Sequence record: PZ179883.1
Source of the DNA: a phage
Strand: one strand, 5' to 3'
Length of the DNA stretch: 64,000 nt
Shown here: piece by piece, positions 57,249-64,000 of the stretch
How the letters are laid out: each line of letters starts with the position of its first letter
Position numbering within the stretch: the first letter of the stretch is position 1
The notes under the pieces: generated by a model
Seen by the model: the letters and a program-made list of their open reading frames with translations, nothing else
Told to the model about the DNA's origin: nothing
Databases searched by the model: none
Translations under genes and position numbers: made by a program

Positions 57249-57907
57249 TGAGTTTACTTAATAATAAAGCGGGAGTTATTTCCCGCTTAGCAGATTTTCT
57301 TGGTTTTAGAACTAAGAAAAATGATATTTCGGTTATGAATAATCAGCCAGTAGGCGCTGTAACAATTTCACAAATAGCAAAAGGTTTTTATGACCCAAAT
57401 GTAGAATCTGCTATTAATGATGTTAGAAATATGGCAGAGCAACAAGTTGGAGCTGTATTAGTTAATATAAGCGGCGTATCTCCTACTGGCGTGCAGCAAA
57501 CAGACTATTGGTCATTTGAAGGAACTGTTACTGATACTTCAGCCAAACCAGGTGACCCAGTTATTGTTAACATGTTTGGTATTCCAGTTAAAGCTACTAA
57601 TGGAATGACTTCAATTGAATTTACTAGTGCCGTTAGAATAGCTCTACAGGAAATGGTTGTAAAATTTATTGCAATTGATTCATTTGAAGACCATCCTACC
57701 ATAGGAAATAAAATACAAGTTAAGTATTTAGATAACCAAGAACATATCTTAGAACAATACTCTGATAAAGGAATTACTTTCAAACAGGAAATAATTTCTC
57801 CTTCTAAACCTGGGTACGGAACTTGGCAATTATTAGGTGCGCAAACTGTTACGCTAGATAGTCACACACAACCTACAGTATTTTATTATTTTGAGAGAGT
57901 AGCATGA
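57248..57907 (+). CDS. 11: baseplate wedge protein gp11
   Basis: 219 aa from ATG 57248 ([20 protein letters not shown]); track start 57230 is TTG. Confidence 0.85.
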   Translation: MSLLNNKAGVISRLADFLGFRTKKNDISVMNNQPVGAVTISQIAKGFYDPNVESAINDVRNMAEQQVGAVLVNISGVSPTGVQQTDYWSFEGTVTDTSAKPGDPVIVNMFGIPVKATNGMTSIEFTSAVRIALQEMVVKFIAIDSFEDHPTIGNKIQVKYLDNQEHILEQYSDKGITFKQEIISPSKPGYGTWQLLGAQTVTLDSHTQPTVFYYFERVA

Positions 57908-59454
57908 GTAACAATACATATCAGCACGTATCAAATGAATCAAAATATGTTAAATTCGATCCAGTAGGATCGAATTTTCCTAACACTGTCACAACAGTGC
58001 AGTCTGCATTATCAAAAATAAGTAATATCGGCGTAAATGGTATTCCTGATGCAACTATGGAAGTTAAAGGAATAGCAATGATTGCGTCAGAGCAAGAGGT
58101 TTTAGATGGAACTAATAATTCTAAAATCGTTACGCCAGCTACATTAGCAACAAGATTATTATATCCAAATGCTACTGAAACTAAATATGGTTTAACGCGT
58201 TATTCAACAAATGAAGAAACATTAGAAGGCTCAGATAATAATTCATCAATAACGCCGCAAAAACTGAAATACCACACTGACGATGTGTTCCAAAATAGAT
58301 ATTCGTCTGAGTCATCAAACGGGGTTATTAAAATATCATCTACACCTGCAGCTTTAGCTGGAGTTGATGATACTACGGCAATGACTCCATTAAAAACACA
58401 AAAACTTGCAATAAAATTAATTTCACAAATAGCCCCTTCCGAAGATACTGCATCAGAATCTGTGAGAGGTGTAGTTCAATTATCTACTGTTGCGCAAACT
58501 CGTCAAGGAACTCTCCGCGAAGGATATGCAATTTCTCCGTATACCTTTATGAATTCTGTTGCAACACAAGAATATAAGGGTGTTATACGTTTAGGAACAC
58601 AATCGGAAATTAACAGTAATTTAGGAGATGTTGCAGTAACAGGTGAAACACTAAATGGTCGAGGAGCTACTGGTTCTATGCGTGGAGTAGTTAAATTAAC
58701 GACGCAAGCCGGTATTGCCCCTGAAGGTGATAGCTCTGGTGCATTAGCATGGAACGCAGATGTAATTAATACTCGTGGTGGACAAACTATTAACGGTTCT
58801 TTAAATTTAGACCATCTTACAGCAAACGGAATTTGGTCGCGCGGCGGAATGTGGAAAAATGGCGATCAACCTGTTGCCACTGAAAGATATGCGTCCGAAA
58901 GGATTCCAGTTGGAACTATTATGATGTTTGCAGGTGATTCAGCACCTCCAGGTTGGATTATGTGCCACGGCGGAACCGTGTCAGGAGATCAATATCCTGA
59001 TTATAGAAACGTAGTTGGAGGAAGATTTGGTGGGGATTGGAATAATCCAGGGATTCCTGATATGCGAGGTCTTTTCGTCAGAGGAGCTGGCACGGGCGGT
59101 CATATTTTAAATCAACGTGGACAAGATGGTTATGGGAAGGATAGACTTGGCGTAGGATGTGACGGAATGCATGTTGGTGGTGTTCAGGCACAACAAATGT
59201 CATACCATAAACATGCTGGTGGTTGGGGAGAATACCAAAGACATGAAGCTCCATTTGGCGCGTCAGTTTATCAAGGATATCTTGGAACTAGAAAATATTC
59301 CGACTGGGATAATGCTTCATACTTCACTAATGATGGATTTGAATTGGGTGGACCGAGAGATGCCCTTGGTACACTTAATCGTGAAGGATTAATTGGTTAT
59401 GAAACTAGACCATGGAATATATCATTAAACTATATTATTAAAGTTCATTACTAA
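57904..59454 (+). CDS. 12: short tail fibre gp12
   Basis: 516 aa, position between 11 and wac. Confidence 0.85.
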   Translation: MSNNTYQHVSNESKYVKFDPVGSNFPNTVTTVQSALSKISNIGVNGIPDATMEVKGIAMIASEQEVLDGTNNSKIVTPATLATRLLYPNATETKYGLTRYSTNEETLEGSDNNSSITPQKLKYHTDDVFQNRYSSESSNGVIKISSTPAALAGVDDTTAMTPLKTQKLAIKLISQIAPSEDTASESVRGVVQLSTVAQTRQGTLREGYAISPYTFMNSVATQEYKGVIRLGTQSEINSNLGDVAVTGETLNGRGATGSMRGVVKLTTQAGIAPEGDSSGALAWNADVINTRGGQTINGSLNLDHLTANGIWSRGGMWKNGDQPVATERYASERIPVGTIMMFAGDSAPPGWIMCHGGTVSGDQYPDYRNVVGGRFGGDWNNPGIPDMRGLFVRGAGTGGHILNQRGQDGYGKDRLGVGCDGMHVGGVQAQQMSYHKHAGGWGEYQRHEAPFGASVYQGYLGTRKYSDWDNASYFTNDGFELGGPRDALGTLNREGLIGYETRPWNISLNYIIKVHY

Positions 59455-60921
<1,467 letters not shown>

Positions 60922-60924
60922 CAT

Positions 60925-60940
60925 GGGGCCGCAAGGCCCC
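60925..60940 (+). other. GCAA-tetraloop stem-loop between wac and gene 13
   Basis: GGGGCC-GCAA-GGCCCC; no clear U tract. Confidence 0.4.
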
Positions 60941-60952
60941 AAAGGATTTTAA

Positions 60953-62654
<1,702 letters not shown>

Positions 62655-62695
62655 TAAATATTATAAACTAATTAAAGCCCAGATTAGGAGAAATC

Positions 62696-64000
<1,305 letters not shown>

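Overview
This window is a contiguous segment of a T4-like (T-even) myovirus genome, running from the 5' part of gene 44 to the start of gene 16. Positions 1-45257 are almost entirely minus-strand genes: early and middle functions (clamp 45, rpbA, 46/47 recombination nuclease, alpha-glucosyltransferase, late sigma gp55, anaerobic nrdD/nrdG, endonuclease VII, pin, nrdC, rI, tk, regB, denV, lysozyme e, nudE, internal proteins, Acb1/57B, dNMP kinase gp1, gp3/gp2/gp4), interleaved with many small or uncharacterised ORFs and a 10-gene tRNA cluster. Positions 45305-64000 are plus-strand late structural genes (53, 5, 5.1, 5.4, 6-12, wac, 13-15, 16 partial). Gene calls rest on the six-frame track, motif reading and recalled T4 protein sequences and gene order; no searches were run. 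gp45 and lysozyme are near-identical to recalled T4 proteins, so this is a close T4 relative but not T4 itself. The most unusual items are: a tRNA-His-like gene whose anticodon loop carries a tandem hexamer duplication; an HNH endonuclease abutting the tRNA cluster; a tRNA-like small-RNA candidate; two extra internal-protein genes bracketed by identical terminator hairpins; a four-gene tandem paralog family with C-terminal coiled coils; and macro-domain and nucleotidyltransferase-fold proteins that are candidate anti-defence factors. The track uses GTG/TTG starts for several ORFs; I moved starts to a downstream ATG with a Shine-Dalgarno where I could verify it, and left the rest at track coordinates.
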